A stretch of 64,000 nt of DNA from Selaginella moellendorffii (taxonomy: Eukaryota > Plantae > Lycopodiophyta): positions 3,031,060 to 3,095,059 of the forward strand of contig NW_003314269.1 of assembly GCF_000143415.4 (NCBI RefSeq), written 5' to 3'. The first letter of the stretch is position 1; every line of letters begins with the position of its first letter. Under the pieces are notes generated by a model. It was not told where the DNA came from and did not search any database. It saw only the letters and a list, made by a program, of their open reading frames with translations. This document shows positions 1 to 11,464 of the stretch, in pieces. Both the position numbers and the translations under genes were made by a program.

Positions 1-1678
1 TCTCGTGATGGGTCTGATACTTCATGCAAAGGCCCGGAAGCTCATCGAAGCAAGCCAGTACAGGGAAGCATTGGAAGTCCTGGCATTTGCAGAGGTAAGG
101 ATTAGCAATGCTTGAGATAATTCTCTCACTCTCTTTCCACAGGAATCGTTTTTATTGTGCGACAGGAGTATGATCGAGGTAATACCCCAACTGTTTACTT
201 CTTCCTTCGCCTAGAGACTTTACACTTCTTTTCAGCATGTCGACAATCTGCCATTCTTACAAATTGACATGGTGTGGTGCTTGTTCATGTTGCGTGACAT
301 TGGAGGACTCGGTGTTGCTAAAGAGCGACTGGCCGAAGCACGGAGAGGACTCAAACGTGCGCACGGCGCAAATCTGGAGCGCTTGCGTGTTTTACAAGGA
401 GGATTCTGTCCAGAGCTCGCTATGTATGGCCTTTGGAGTCAGACTGGTCGCGTGCAAAAGTCCTTCGTGTTTTTTTTTTCTTTTTTCTTTCTGGTGCCTC
501 ATTATCTTTTACTTTCGGATTCGTGTCTTGGCTTTTAGACCCATGATCTGATATCTTTCTTCTCTTTGCTTTCGTAGATATGTTCGGCTGGAGCTGCTAG
601 AAGGCGTTGTGGCCTTCCACAGTGGACTCGTCGACGCTGCACGCGCGTCGCTTGAAGCCGCCCAGCAAAAGTTTATCAAGGTACGATTTTCCTGTCACTT
701 GTGACCCTTGAAAGTTTAATCTTTTATACAGCTGCAAGTACCTGATGAATCTTTGGTAATACTAGCTGATATGGGATTCACTACGAAGGAAGCGAAGCGG
801 GGCTTGAGAGTGTCGGGGCAAGATGTGGACCGTGCTGTGGAGTTTGTCATGGAGCAAAGGGATATCGAGAAACGGAAACGTGCCGAAGACGAACAACACA
901 GAAAGAACTTGCGGTGAGCAGAGTGAGAATTCGTGGCATTATTAACTAACACTCGTTCTAATCATGCGTCAAAGCGAGCAAAGGCGTTACGGGAAAACCA
1001 GATCGGGCAAGGCAGTGGATTTGAAGCAGCTAAATGAACTAGTCCCCCTTGGGTACGCTCTTGGTGACTTCTAAAGCTGAGCTTTTGTTTTCTTTTTGTT
1101 CTCGTCAGATATGACAAGCTTCTGATTGCTGAAGCGCTCAAGCAAACTGACAATAACACCGGCCTGGCGATCGACATTCTTACCAATCCAGCGCATCTGG
1201 AAGCTCTGCAGTCGGCGCTTTCTTCCTCCACGACGCGGAGGGGGGTTAGCCACGCCGACGTGTCGGCCTTGATGCAAATGGGCTTCTCCAGGGAGAGAGG
1301 TAAATCCATGAACGAGTGGTGGACTTTACAGAGTTTTTCATGTCGTGTGTTACAGCCACCGCTGCTCTTCAGTCATCGGGTGGTGTGGCCCAGGCCTTGG
1401 AAAAGCTTATTGCGGAGGGAAACAGTAGCAATGAAGCGGCAGTGATGGGTGAAGGACAAGAAGATGAAGAACAACAAGAACAAGCACAAGAACACGGGGC
1501 TGCTGCCGAGGAGGATCAAGCACAAGTTCGCGATGTAGAAATGGAAGATGAGATGGCAGGGAACGTGACAGGAGATGCTTACGAGGAGTATGATCTAGAA
1601 GTAACTCTAGAAGGCAATGCTATTGCCGAGTATTTAAGTTTGGTGGAAGGAAGCTCGTCACAGCCATTGCGAGCTTAG
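1..1678 (+). CDS. NUB1: NEDD8 ultimate buster 1-like (NUB1) UBA-domain protein; multi-exon, 5' end lies before the window
   Basis: Spliced exons give ...EALEVLAFAE/ESFLLCD.../VDNLPFLQIDMVWCLFMLRD...ELAM/YVRLELLEGVVAFHSG.../LQVPDESLVILADMGF...AKRGLR... with further UBA-like MGF motifs, ending YDLEVTLEGNAIAEYLSLV...RA* (stop 1676-1678). Matches recalled plant NUB1 motifs; GT-AG introns. Confidence 0.85.
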
Positions 1679-1796
1679 ATTTTCAAGTTAGATTCTTTCC
1701 AAGATGATATACACAAAAGGTTTTAAGCTTCTCCATCCAAATGTATTAGAGCGTGTTATGATTCAAAAGAACTAGTGACCCTGTGATTTTGATCTC

Positions 1797-2349
1797 CTAT
1801 GCTGGTGGAGCTTCTCCAACTGGGGGTGCTTCCTCGGGAGGAGGAAGCTGCAATTGGAGCTCCTCAAACTGTGGATCCAAAGGAAGCATATGAGTCACGA
1901 TTTGATAATCCGTAGGCGAGTTCTACCTTTCTACCAAGCTCTTCGTGCGCCGCGACTAGCTCATTGTATTTAAGCTGGAGCTCGTCCCTCTCACCCTTCA
2001 GCTTGGTGTATTCCTCATTCGTGTAACCGCCTAAGTTATGCTGAATGAAACTGGAATGAGAAAACGCAGAGGATCAGAGTAATGTGAGAAAGGAAAAGCA
2101 ATGAAAGACTTACTCTATCGCTAGAGGAGGCTTATCATTCTCTTCATACAGAGCGACAAGAACTGCCACACACACTAGCTTGATCAGACCAAGGGAAGAG
2201 AGGAAAAACAAACAGACCTTTTGTTAGCGAATCGAGCACTCCACTCGCCTCCAAATATTTCCTGAAAGCCTCCTTTTTCGACTCGCTGGTCTGCAGCATT
2301 AAGAGATTTGGAGTAAATGTAGGCAAAAGAAAAAGGAAAGGAGTACCAT
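1797..2349 (-). CDS. MYCBP: c-Myc-binding protein (MYCBP/AMY-1) homolog, 5 exons; first coding exon is the ATG alone
   Basis: ATG(2349-2347)|GT intron, then TSESKKEAFRKYLEASGVLDSLTK / VLVALYEENDKPPLAIE / FIQHNLGG...coiled coil / FEELQLQLPPPEEAPPVGEAPPA* (stop 1799-1797). KEAFRKYLE..GVLD.LTKVLVALYE is the MYCBP signature. Confidence 0.85.
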
Positions 2350-2619
2350 TTTGGAGGATCAGCGTCGTTGTGATCATCCACTTCCGCGCTCTCTCGCCAC
2401 GAACCCTAGGAAGAAAGCCCTGATCCAACCAACGCTCGGCCCAATAAATTAGAAAAAGAGAAATGGGTACTACCCGTGATGGCGATCTGTGAGAGAGAAA
2501 GCCACGGAAAAGAGAGAAAAATAACGAGCAACCACATCACCGTTGGATGCTTGCCGCGTCGGATCCACGGATCATGGTTTTCGATTTTCGCAAATCTTAT
2601 AGATAATCTTTGAATTAAC

Positions 2620-3434
2620 CTATGCTTGTTTGTACAAGTGGCTGCACGGAAAAGATCGCGAAGTGAGGAAACCAGAAATCCTTTTGAGCTTTCCATACCT
2701 TGCAGTGCGAAATCCTGCATTGAACCAAGCGATGAGAACTTCGGCATTGTCTTCGAGCGATAGTTGTTTGTCTAAGAAACAAAACAATAAAACGAGTGAG
2801 AATTCGTGAGAATTCGTGAGAATTCGTGAGAATTCGTGAGAATGAATCTAGAACGACTGGAAGAATCGCAAGAAAAGCTAAGAACAAATGGGAAAATTGT
2901 ACCTGGTGGTAGCTGCGAGAGAGATTGTAGAATTGCGAGCTTGAGCGTCTCGAAAGATGGATCATCCGAGCGAGAGGATTGAGTAGAGCTCGAGTGACAG
3001 CACGAGTGGTGGCAGCAATGGCTTGGCGGAGGAGCGCAAGCATAGGCAGGGACTGGATACACAAATGCCGGGTATGGATATGAGGGATGAGGCTGTGGAA
3101 ATGGATATGGATAGTATGAAGAAGGATCCACGAACGAAGAATCCGCGTGCTGGGACGATCCCTCCGCCGCCGCTTGATCTTGCTGGCTCCCGCTCTCGAT
3201 CTTCTTCTCCTCGCGTCTAGAGAAACGCAAGAAACAAGGATCAAACGATCGCACACTGGAATAACTTACGAAGATTTTCCATCAGACTCCTTCGAGCTAT
3301 GCCTCTCCTGGCAAGAAATAATCGATAAGATCCGCATTGATCGAGGTGGAGCATCGGCTTCTCACCTGATATTTCCCGACCGCGGAGTTGAAAGCGGTGA
3401 TAAGAGCGGCATCGTCCCACGAAGAATCCGCCAT
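2620..3434 (-). CDS. SMN: Survival-motor-neuron (SMN)-like protein without Tudor domain, 171 aa, 5 exons
   Basis: Exons 3434-3366, 3307-3270, 3216-2903, 2771-2699, 2641-2620, all GT-AG with consistent phases (516 nt). N-terminal MADSSWDDAALITAFNSAVGKYQ resembles the Gemin2-binding WDDxxLI motif; Pro/Tyr-rich middle; C-terminal VLIAWFNAGFRTASHLY is a YG-box-like helix. Confidence 0.8.
2796..2843. repeat. 10-bp tandem repeat (GTGAGAATTC) x4.8 in SMN intron 3
   Basis: Four perfect copies 2796-2835 plus GTGAGAAT. Confidence 0.95.
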
Positions 3435-3450
3435 CGCTACTCTCTGCGAT

Positions 3451-3459
3451 AAACCCTAA
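3451..3459 (+). promoter_or_regulatory. Telo-box (AAACCCTAA) just upstream of the SMN ATG; similar motifs at about 2402, 16094, 17916 and 22364
   Basis: Motif read directly; four lie within about 200 bp upstream of a start codon. A site-II-like GGCCCA lies at about 2439 in the MYCBP promoter. Confidence 0.55.
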
Positions 3460-3543
3460 AACACAACTGGGTCGAGGTTCGATTCCGACAAGCAAAAGTA
3501 ATATACCAAGAATCTTTTTGAAATACAAATTTTAGGCGCGAAG

Positions 3544-6500
3544 TCACAAGTTATGAATGGGAATGCTGGTTTGCGCCTCCAGCGGTTCATCGACGGATTG
3601 ACTCTCGGGAACTACCGGCGCGTAGACAACAGCAGTGCGACAGGGAGAGTAAACTTGGAACGATTGTGGTCGATCGTCATACCATCCCTCCTGTTTGATC
3701 AAATCCAAAAGATCAGCCTCTATCGAGTTGAGTTGTTTTGGACTCACATTTGTGTGGAAGACCGCCGAATGATCTAGCCTTCCAAATCCACCAAATAGTC
3801 GCTCGTCAGTGTCCAACACAACCTAACCAAAACGAGAATGAGGAAGACCAAACAAGCTGGAAGCGGCATACCTTGTAGTTCCCCGGCTTGAGACACCCGA
3901 CACGGTAGTCTGTGTAGCTTTTCTGCCAGTGGAAGTTAAACACGAACACCAGGTCTCCCTTCTCAAACACAATGATCTTGTCGCCTTCGTTCTGCCGGGA
4001 GACGTACTCGTGAGGTGCTACCATAAACTGGTCACAAGAAAGGCAATATAGGTCTAGTTCATTTGATCCGCTTTCGGTACCTCGTATTTTGCCTCGAGTT
4101 GTTGCATCGCGCGATCAAATTCCTGAAGGCCTCGATACCTTAGGTAGTCCGCATCACCCTGCAACGTCCACAACAAGCGCGTAAGAAACTCCTATTTCAA
4201 TTAATACGATACGTACCAGATCGAAACGTCTGCGACACTTATCAAAACTGTTCTTGTTCCCCGGCACAAACTTCCCATTAGGAAGCTTTTGATCAGACCG
4301 TGGAAAATCAATCCACTCTGTACACAGCGAGAAAGAGTTAAAAACAAAGAAACAAATTACAGTAGCATCCACGATTACCTGGGTGTCCAAATTCATTCCC
4401 CATAAAGTTAAGATAACCTTCTCCTCCTAAAGCCATGGTAATCAATCGAATCATCTTATGAAGAGCTATTCCACGATCGATCCGAGGAGTGGAGGGACGA
4501 TCGAGAGCCATATGATCGTACATATCCTGTTCATCAAGTGCATTGGTGACAGCAAACATGAATCTAGCATTTACCTTGTCCATCAGCCAAAAAGCCAAAG
4601 TTTTGTCCCCAACGAGTGCTTGGTCGTGACTTTCAGCATACGAAATACATTTTTCCATCCATCGACGATTGGTTAATGTAAACACGATGTTCCCCATGTT
4701 CCATTCTTCGTCTTTTAATCTGAAAAAAAAAGAAAAGAAAAAGAAAACACAGAAAGTGTAAATCACCCCAATCAAGTTGCAAGGAATCTTACTTCTCCAA
4801 TATGTCTATCCATTTGTCAGCAATAGCCATTTGGAGCCGATAATCGAAACCTATGCCACCATCGGCAACTGGAATACATAATGTCGGCATTCCACTCACC
4901 TGATATACATACCAAAAAGTGCATTAGTACAACAGGGGAAAAAGAAAAAATAAAAGTTACATCTTCTGCAACGGTTATCGTCTGCGGGTACAATGCGTGA
5001 AGCAAATCGTTGGCAAGCATAAGGCAAACCACGGCATCCACATCGGTAGTCATTCCAAAATATTCTGAGTACTGTCCGGTAAAAGTCATCTGATACAAAA
5101 GAAAAAAGAAAAAATGAATCGAAACTGTCGAGATATGACAGAACACTAACCTGCAATCCATGATGTGTATACATCATTGAAGTGATGCCATCAAATCTGA
5201 ATCCATCAAATTTGTACTCTTCCATCCACCATCGAAGATTAGAAAGTAAGAACCTTAACACCTAAAAGAGACAAGAATAAAAAGGCACGCCTGTACTATG
5301 TCCATTATGTAGTGCGTACCTCCCAGCTACTGTAATCAAATAACCGCGAATCCCACATCCAATGATATCCACGAGCTCCAGAATGAAAATACTGCGAGTC
5401 AGTTCCGTCGAACATATTTAGCCCGTCGAGCACATTGTTTGAGCAGTGGCTGTTGTCTCCAACGTGTCAGTCAAAATAAAGTAAAGAGAACCGTCACTTG
5501 CCTGTGAACAACGTCCATCAACACAAAAAGCCCAAGCTCGTGAGCCTTGTCTATTAAACTCTTCAACTCGTCAGGAGTTCCACATCTGCTGCTCACAGCG
5601 AAAAAGTTTGTGACGTGATACCTGCAACAAATGACACGACGTTAGCCACAACAATGCCTTCCACTGTCGAAATTTACCCGAAACTCCCATAGTACGCGTG
5701 CTCCATAACCGCCATGAGCTGCACGGCATTGTATCCGAGCCCTTTGATTCGAGGTAGCACATCATCTCTAAACGCAGAGTAAGAGTTTACTTTCGGCTCC
5801 TGCAAACAGAGAGATCCATGCTTCTAAAGGACTTTATTTTTTAAGTCAGAGATACAAACCGTACTGCTCATTCCAACATGAGCTTCATATACTCGCAAGG
5901 AATTGGGCCGTTTAGGACGTGGATGCTTGAACTCATATCGTTCCTGTGGTAGGGCAGAGTCACAACATCGGACGCGGGATAAAACAGAAAGTAAACCTCA
6001 GGTGGAGGATCATAATAAATTCCATTGTAGGGAATTTCGCCCGGTGCTTGAACTGCAAACTTGATCCATGCTGGAATAGCATCTTTAACACCAGATGCAG
6101 TTTCCATGTGAATCTGTAGGATAGATACACTACACAGTCGACAAATACTAAGAGAGAAAATGCCATACCTTCACTCTGGACCCATGAGGAATCGCAGCAG
6201 AACCATCTGCATTGTTGGGTAGGAAAAGCTCCCATACTCCGTACTCGTTCTGTAAGAACTCGGCCAAGGTATGAGCAGCAAAACTAAAGCGTTTTGTCGC
6301 ACCTTTTTCATCATGTCTGCATTTGGATTCCAGTTGTTAAAATCCCCCATGAGAGATGCTGATTTCGCTGCGGGTGCCCACTCGCGATACGTGATACCAG
6401 CGGCACTGCAAAGACAGCATGAATAAAATATCCGGACAAATATCCTAGTCAATCACACCATTAAAGATGCTTTGAAGCATACGTTCGATTAAAGCCGAAC

Positions 6501-7616
6501 TTCTCATAGCCCCTCGAAAAAGCCTCTAGGCCTCCTTCGTGCTTGTTGATCGCATCAACTTTCGCCTTGTACTGTGAGTACCTAAAACCGCCAGCCAGCT
6601 TTAAGACACATTTCACCACATAAAACTTTTGCAATTACCTGTACTCTAGATGATCTCGGTAGTTTTTAAGGTACGGATCGATTTCGTAGATACGCTGGCC
6701 GTCACCCGGGGGAGGAACAACTTTGGGAAGCGCGGCATCCTGTTCTTTCAACTTCAAACTTCCATCTCTAAAAGCCTGAAGTTAAACAGAATAAGTAAAA
6801 CATGATTTGCAAAACGAGAGAGAGCGAAATAAATCAGATACACCACAGTCCCTCTAAGTCTCCACTGTTAGTTAAGCAAGCACGAAACAGAAAGGTGCTA
6901 AAGCGTCAGTTGTGCAGGACGTATACGAACCACGGAGGAAAAACTAGTTCGCTCGCGGGTAAAATAGGCAAGGAGCAATCTGAGTTTGCACGCCCACAAC
7001 ATCTACCCGACGCCATACATTAAAATCTATACTCGCTTGACGGGCGAAACATTGTCCATACCTGGATTTGCTTGGCAATCTCCATGGTCTGCTCTTCCAT
7101 GCTGTGATCTGCCTTGCTATTAGGCTCCAGTAAATCCTTCGAAGCGGTTGCCGTCGAGGCCGTTGTGGATTCTGCCGGAGAACCAGGATCCGCGCAAGAC
7201 ACCCTCGCTGAGAAATAAAGGAGTGAGACTACCATTTAAAAAAAAAACTTTTTAACTTGACGGTCGTGAATAGTGTTTCCCGTGAACGTGGCAGCTCAAC
7301 GATAACGCTCTTCCTGCCACACAAAGAAGCAAGAAACGCTCAGGACAGAGATTTTCCACATTTTCCACAGAGGAAGGAAATCCGACTCTCCAACCCAATC
7401 TCTAGGAGCGCCTAAGCTAAGGATCTAAGTAGAATCGAAATACTGACCGAGGAGCGGCGATCCACAGCAAAGCGCCACTCTCTTCCTCCGCCGAGCCGAG
7501 GAATGCAGCGCCTGGGACGAGGATGCCGCCGCGCCAATGCCGCCACTACCGCCAATCCCTCTAGGGCAAATGCAAGACGCCCTACCAGCAGGAGCCTGTG
7601 TCACCGACCACGCCAT
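3544..7616 (-). CDS. SBE2: 1,4-alpha-glucan branching enzyme (starch branching enzyme class II), many small exons, N-terminal transit peptide
   Basis: Exon peptides [147 protein letters not shown]; Ser/Ala-rich start [11 protein letters not shown] (ATG 7616); stop 3546-3544. Confidence 0.95.
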
Positions 7617-8034
7617 GGCGCTCAAGTTAAAGCACTGCCCTAAGTGGCAATATAATGCCGCCCTTTACACAGGGACCTTGGCAGGGACACCGCCCCCGCC
7701 ACGTAAACGGGCGAATCTCTGTGCTCCTCCCTACAATTTTTGGCGCCATATTCGAACCTTAGAATCTCCCTTTGGAATATTATTTCAAATTGAGTGTTAA
7801 TATCAATTATTGGAGGGAATTTTTCCATTATTTTCATTGAGTATATGAGTACCACTTTAAGATCTTAGCAAAAGCCTTGGGGAGGCACTTTTCGCGGTAC
7901 ACATGGCAAAACACCATTTCTATGATTTTTACACACATTGTAATATTTAGAAGAGATAATATCTATAGTTCAAGTATAGCAAAGCCCAACCATATATCGC
8001 AATGCTGGATTGGATCGTCTCGTTTTTTTTTTTT

Positions 8035-9363
8035 TCACTTCTTTGAGGAGTCTGCCAGGAACTTCTGGGCGGCGAGGTTCACAGTCTCCGCGATGGAGCG
8101 CTTGGAATTCTTAAGGAACCAAGAAACCAATAATTAGTCCACAGATCATGGAGGGAATTTTCTTTTATGAATAGTAAAATATCAGGAGAAAGAAAAAAAA
8201 AAAAAAAGGAAAGAGAGAAGAGTCCACTCTACTGCCAGGAGGGAGGCTATAATCGATCAAATATTCACTCCTGGCGAGTGAGAGATATGGCACTACTCTC
8301 GCGCGCATTACCCAAAAGCAAAGGCCGGCCCGCCCTTTATCTTCTTGTCTCTGCAAGCTCGCATATTCCAAAAAGAAGGAAAGGAGATCACACCACAATT
8401 CCAGACAACTCACGCACGTAACTTGGAGAGAGGAAGCTCACCGATTTAGATTTTTGCTGCGCCGCATTGTTACTGCCACTGCCCCCGCCCCCAGAGCTGC
8501 ACCCAAGAACAAAAACACAAGAAAAAGGACAAATTAAATTAAATAATGGGGAAGAAGAAAAGCAACTATAAGAAAGAAAGTGAGTGTTTTTATGTGTTGG
8601 AAATTTTCGAGGATGTCAGTACGAGCAAAAAGCGAAGGTTTTGTTTTGGTTTCCCCTCGGCAGCGCTTGTGAAGGAAATTGGAGATGTTTTGCAAGGGAG
8701 TGGGAGGAGGACTTACGTGTTGCTATTGCTGTTATTGTTTGAAGATCCCTTCTTCTTCTGGTCCTGCTGCTGCACATTGCAAACAGATTCTAATCAGCAT
8801 GCAGTATGTCGTGGATTCTGTGCACATTTTTATTTCTACAGCAGGCCAAATGCAATGCAGTTTTCTTCTCCTCTTTTCTTTTTTTTTTCCTTCTTTTTTT
8901 CCTTTTTTCATATTTATTTGTGTGTTCTATCTTCCCCAGATTTTCATGCACCTTCCCAGTTGCATTCAGCAGTACAGCCGTAGTACAGCCACAAGAGAAC
9001 AGAAAACAGACACAAACTTTGTGATGCATTTCAACACAGGTCGCAATCTTCCGCAAGCCACAAGAGAAATTCAAGCAAGCCAGCACCAAAAATTTGTCCC
9101 TCCAAATACACTTGCCGAATCCGAGCAATCATCCACAGAAACAAAATCCAAACGCAAACATCGCAATCTTCGCAAGAAGCTACTGAAAGTGATGAACGAA
9201 CGAAACCACTGACAAACAAAGCCATCCAGAGCAACTTGATTGAGTCACGGGAGATAACGGAGATTCAAGCCACTTGCAATCTCTCTCGCTCAAACGGGAT
9301 GTATCTTCCCAAAAGTGTGGAGAGAGTATCAGGGAGGAGACGCAAAACCTGCTGTTGATCCAT
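8035..9363 (-). CDS. Small orphan protein (about 78 aa) encoded by five short exons; not in the ORF track
   Basis: Exons 9363-9349, 8769-8717, 8496-8442, 8350-8312, 8109-8035 join in phase through GT-AG introns: MDQQQ QQDQKKKGSSNNNSNSNT SGGGGSGSNNAAQQKSKS RQEDKGRAGLCFW NSKRSIAETVNLAAQKFLADSSKK*. Introns are T-rich on the minus strand. Confidence 0.6.
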
Positions 9364-9507
9364 CGAGGAAGTGACACAAGGTTTTTCCTTGAGAAGCGAG
9401 CGAATTTATGTGAGGCACACAGCACCGATATTGAGTGACAGCACCGCGGCAGTGCGATCAAAGCCCCGGCCAAAGCCGAGACCTCTCTGAGCGTTACAAA
9501 TAAAAGC

Positions 9508-9539
<32 letters not shown>

Positions 9540-9620
9540 TAGCGTTCAAAACAAAAGCACACAAAAACAAAGCTCTATTATAGCACACACACACACACAC
9601 AATCTCTCTCTCTCTCTCGC
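9508..9620. repeat. Compound (GA)n/(CA)n/(CT)n microsatellite cluster in the likely 5' UTR or leader intron of the small orphan gene
   Basis: (GA)n at about 9508-9539, (CA)n at about 9584-9601, (CT)n at about 9603-9618. Confidence 0.9.
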
Positions 9621-11464
9621 TCGCGATCTTATGAAAGATTTCTATGCTTCCTTCTCGAACTTAGCAGCGAGTGAATGCTCTCCTCGACCAGAAATTTCTC
9701 GTCCTCTCTCTTTGGTGTTCTCTTTTGGCACACACACACAGAGAAAACACACATACACTCGCAAATGAGGCAAAAGGCTCCTCGAGGGGAATTATTTTAT
9801 AGCGCAGCAAGTACATTAGCCCAGATATGAACAAGACCACCTTACTGTATCCTAAGTTGTCACATTACCGGAAATAGTAACCCTCACAAACGGGAAGGAC
9901 GTATTATACTTTCTACATTCGACAAAAGGCTCGCTTTGCTCTCGTTTTAGATTGGATTTCAGGAGCAGACCTGCAGCACAGGCTTTTAAAAATCTGATTT
10001 AAAATATTTCAACGTCGGTGGTCTTAGTTACGCTTTGTACGGAAACAGTCGCGCTAAGGGTCAATTCTCAATTATTACTTGTTATTGTTCTTGTTGGTAT
10101 AGTTGATCTTGTGCTTATTAGTTGCGCATGATAAGATTTTAAAATAATAGTATATTGCTGTTGCTTCAAAGTCCACACTACTGTTAACATCAATACATAC
10201 ATAGTCATGTTTGGATTGTTTAAGGCCCAAGCAAAAGCATAAAACTATACTATTTTAAAATATTAGCAAGAAATTATAGGTGGTAAATATATATATGTAT
10301 GTATGTGAACCATGGAACAACCATGGGTGGTAAGGAGAGGGATCCCCAAATGGGCATCGTAATCATATGGTATCATAAGCTTTGGGTGATTAGAAAATGG
10401 GGGTGAGGTCTCCCGGGCGTGGGACAAGGCTTTGCACGCTCACGTTTCGCAAAAGAAAGAAAGCTTTGAGAAAGCTATGCGCGGCGTGGAATCAATGGAA
10501 CCCCATTGGGCGTTGCAAGACCCTCCATAACTTGTCCCGAGTCAAACACAAACACTCCCTCACGCCTTTGAACTCTCCCAAAGGGGGGGACACTTGGCTT
10601 GCTGCTACAAAGCTGGCTGGATAGACATATAGTAAGCACACTTGAGGGCTTGGCAGCTTCTTAAAAGACTCACACTTTTAATTCACATATTATATTTGTA
10701 TTTTAAAATGAATATAAACTCCAGAAAAGAAGAAGAAGTAGAAGAATAAGAAGAAGAAATTATTAAAGAAATGGAAAAGGTTGCATGGAAGCTTCTTCAT
10801 CAGAACCACGAGAAATTCTTATATTCCATTGTATAGTAGGACAAGAACAAAACGCCCCCATTACTATCTGTATGGTGGCCAGAGTGGTCAATGTGCGCTT
10901 GATGGCTGCGCTGTTTGCTCCTACGATTATTTCGTGATGCGCCAAACCATTCGCATGGGAAACAAAGCCCAAACTACACGAGAAAAAAGTTTGCGCGGGC
11001 GGCGAAGAACACTGAATGATTCCCTGCTTTGCTTCGCGACAGGAATCTTACTGGAGTTTTTTTTTTGCACTGCTTGTTTCACTTTCGCTTTATGATCGAT
11101 CATCCCTCCTCCATCCACGCCAGTGCCAACAGCGCCGGGGTTGTCTAGAGATCCAGCGCTTTGAGCACAGCTCGCCTTCTTTCTTTGACACCTTTGTTGC
11201 CGGTCGTGACAACTCAACTTGCGCTATGGAATCACTGCTGCGCTGTCATCACTCTCGGGAATAATAGCAATCTTACTCTTGTGTTTCCCCGTGTCCTGTA
11301 CCGCCTTGCTTCTCTTCTTTTTCGTCTACCACTTTCGCACACACTCGACAAAAGGTCTCTGGTTGGAAGACATAAACAAGTAGCAAAAATTTACAGTGTC
11401 CTGCACAGCAGACAACCATAACGAGAATGACTTTAGAAGAGGAATAGAGAATGTCCTTACCATT

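Noticed and set aside
8035-8109. LAAQKF resemblance of the orphan peptide to TAF10
   Set aside because: Only six residues match and the rest of the histone fold is absent.
10397-11421. Short ORFs and a possible hairpin between the orphan gene and RIC1
   Set aside because: No recognisable motifs, consistent splice pattern or well-paired stem; most likely promoter plus RIC1 3' UTR.
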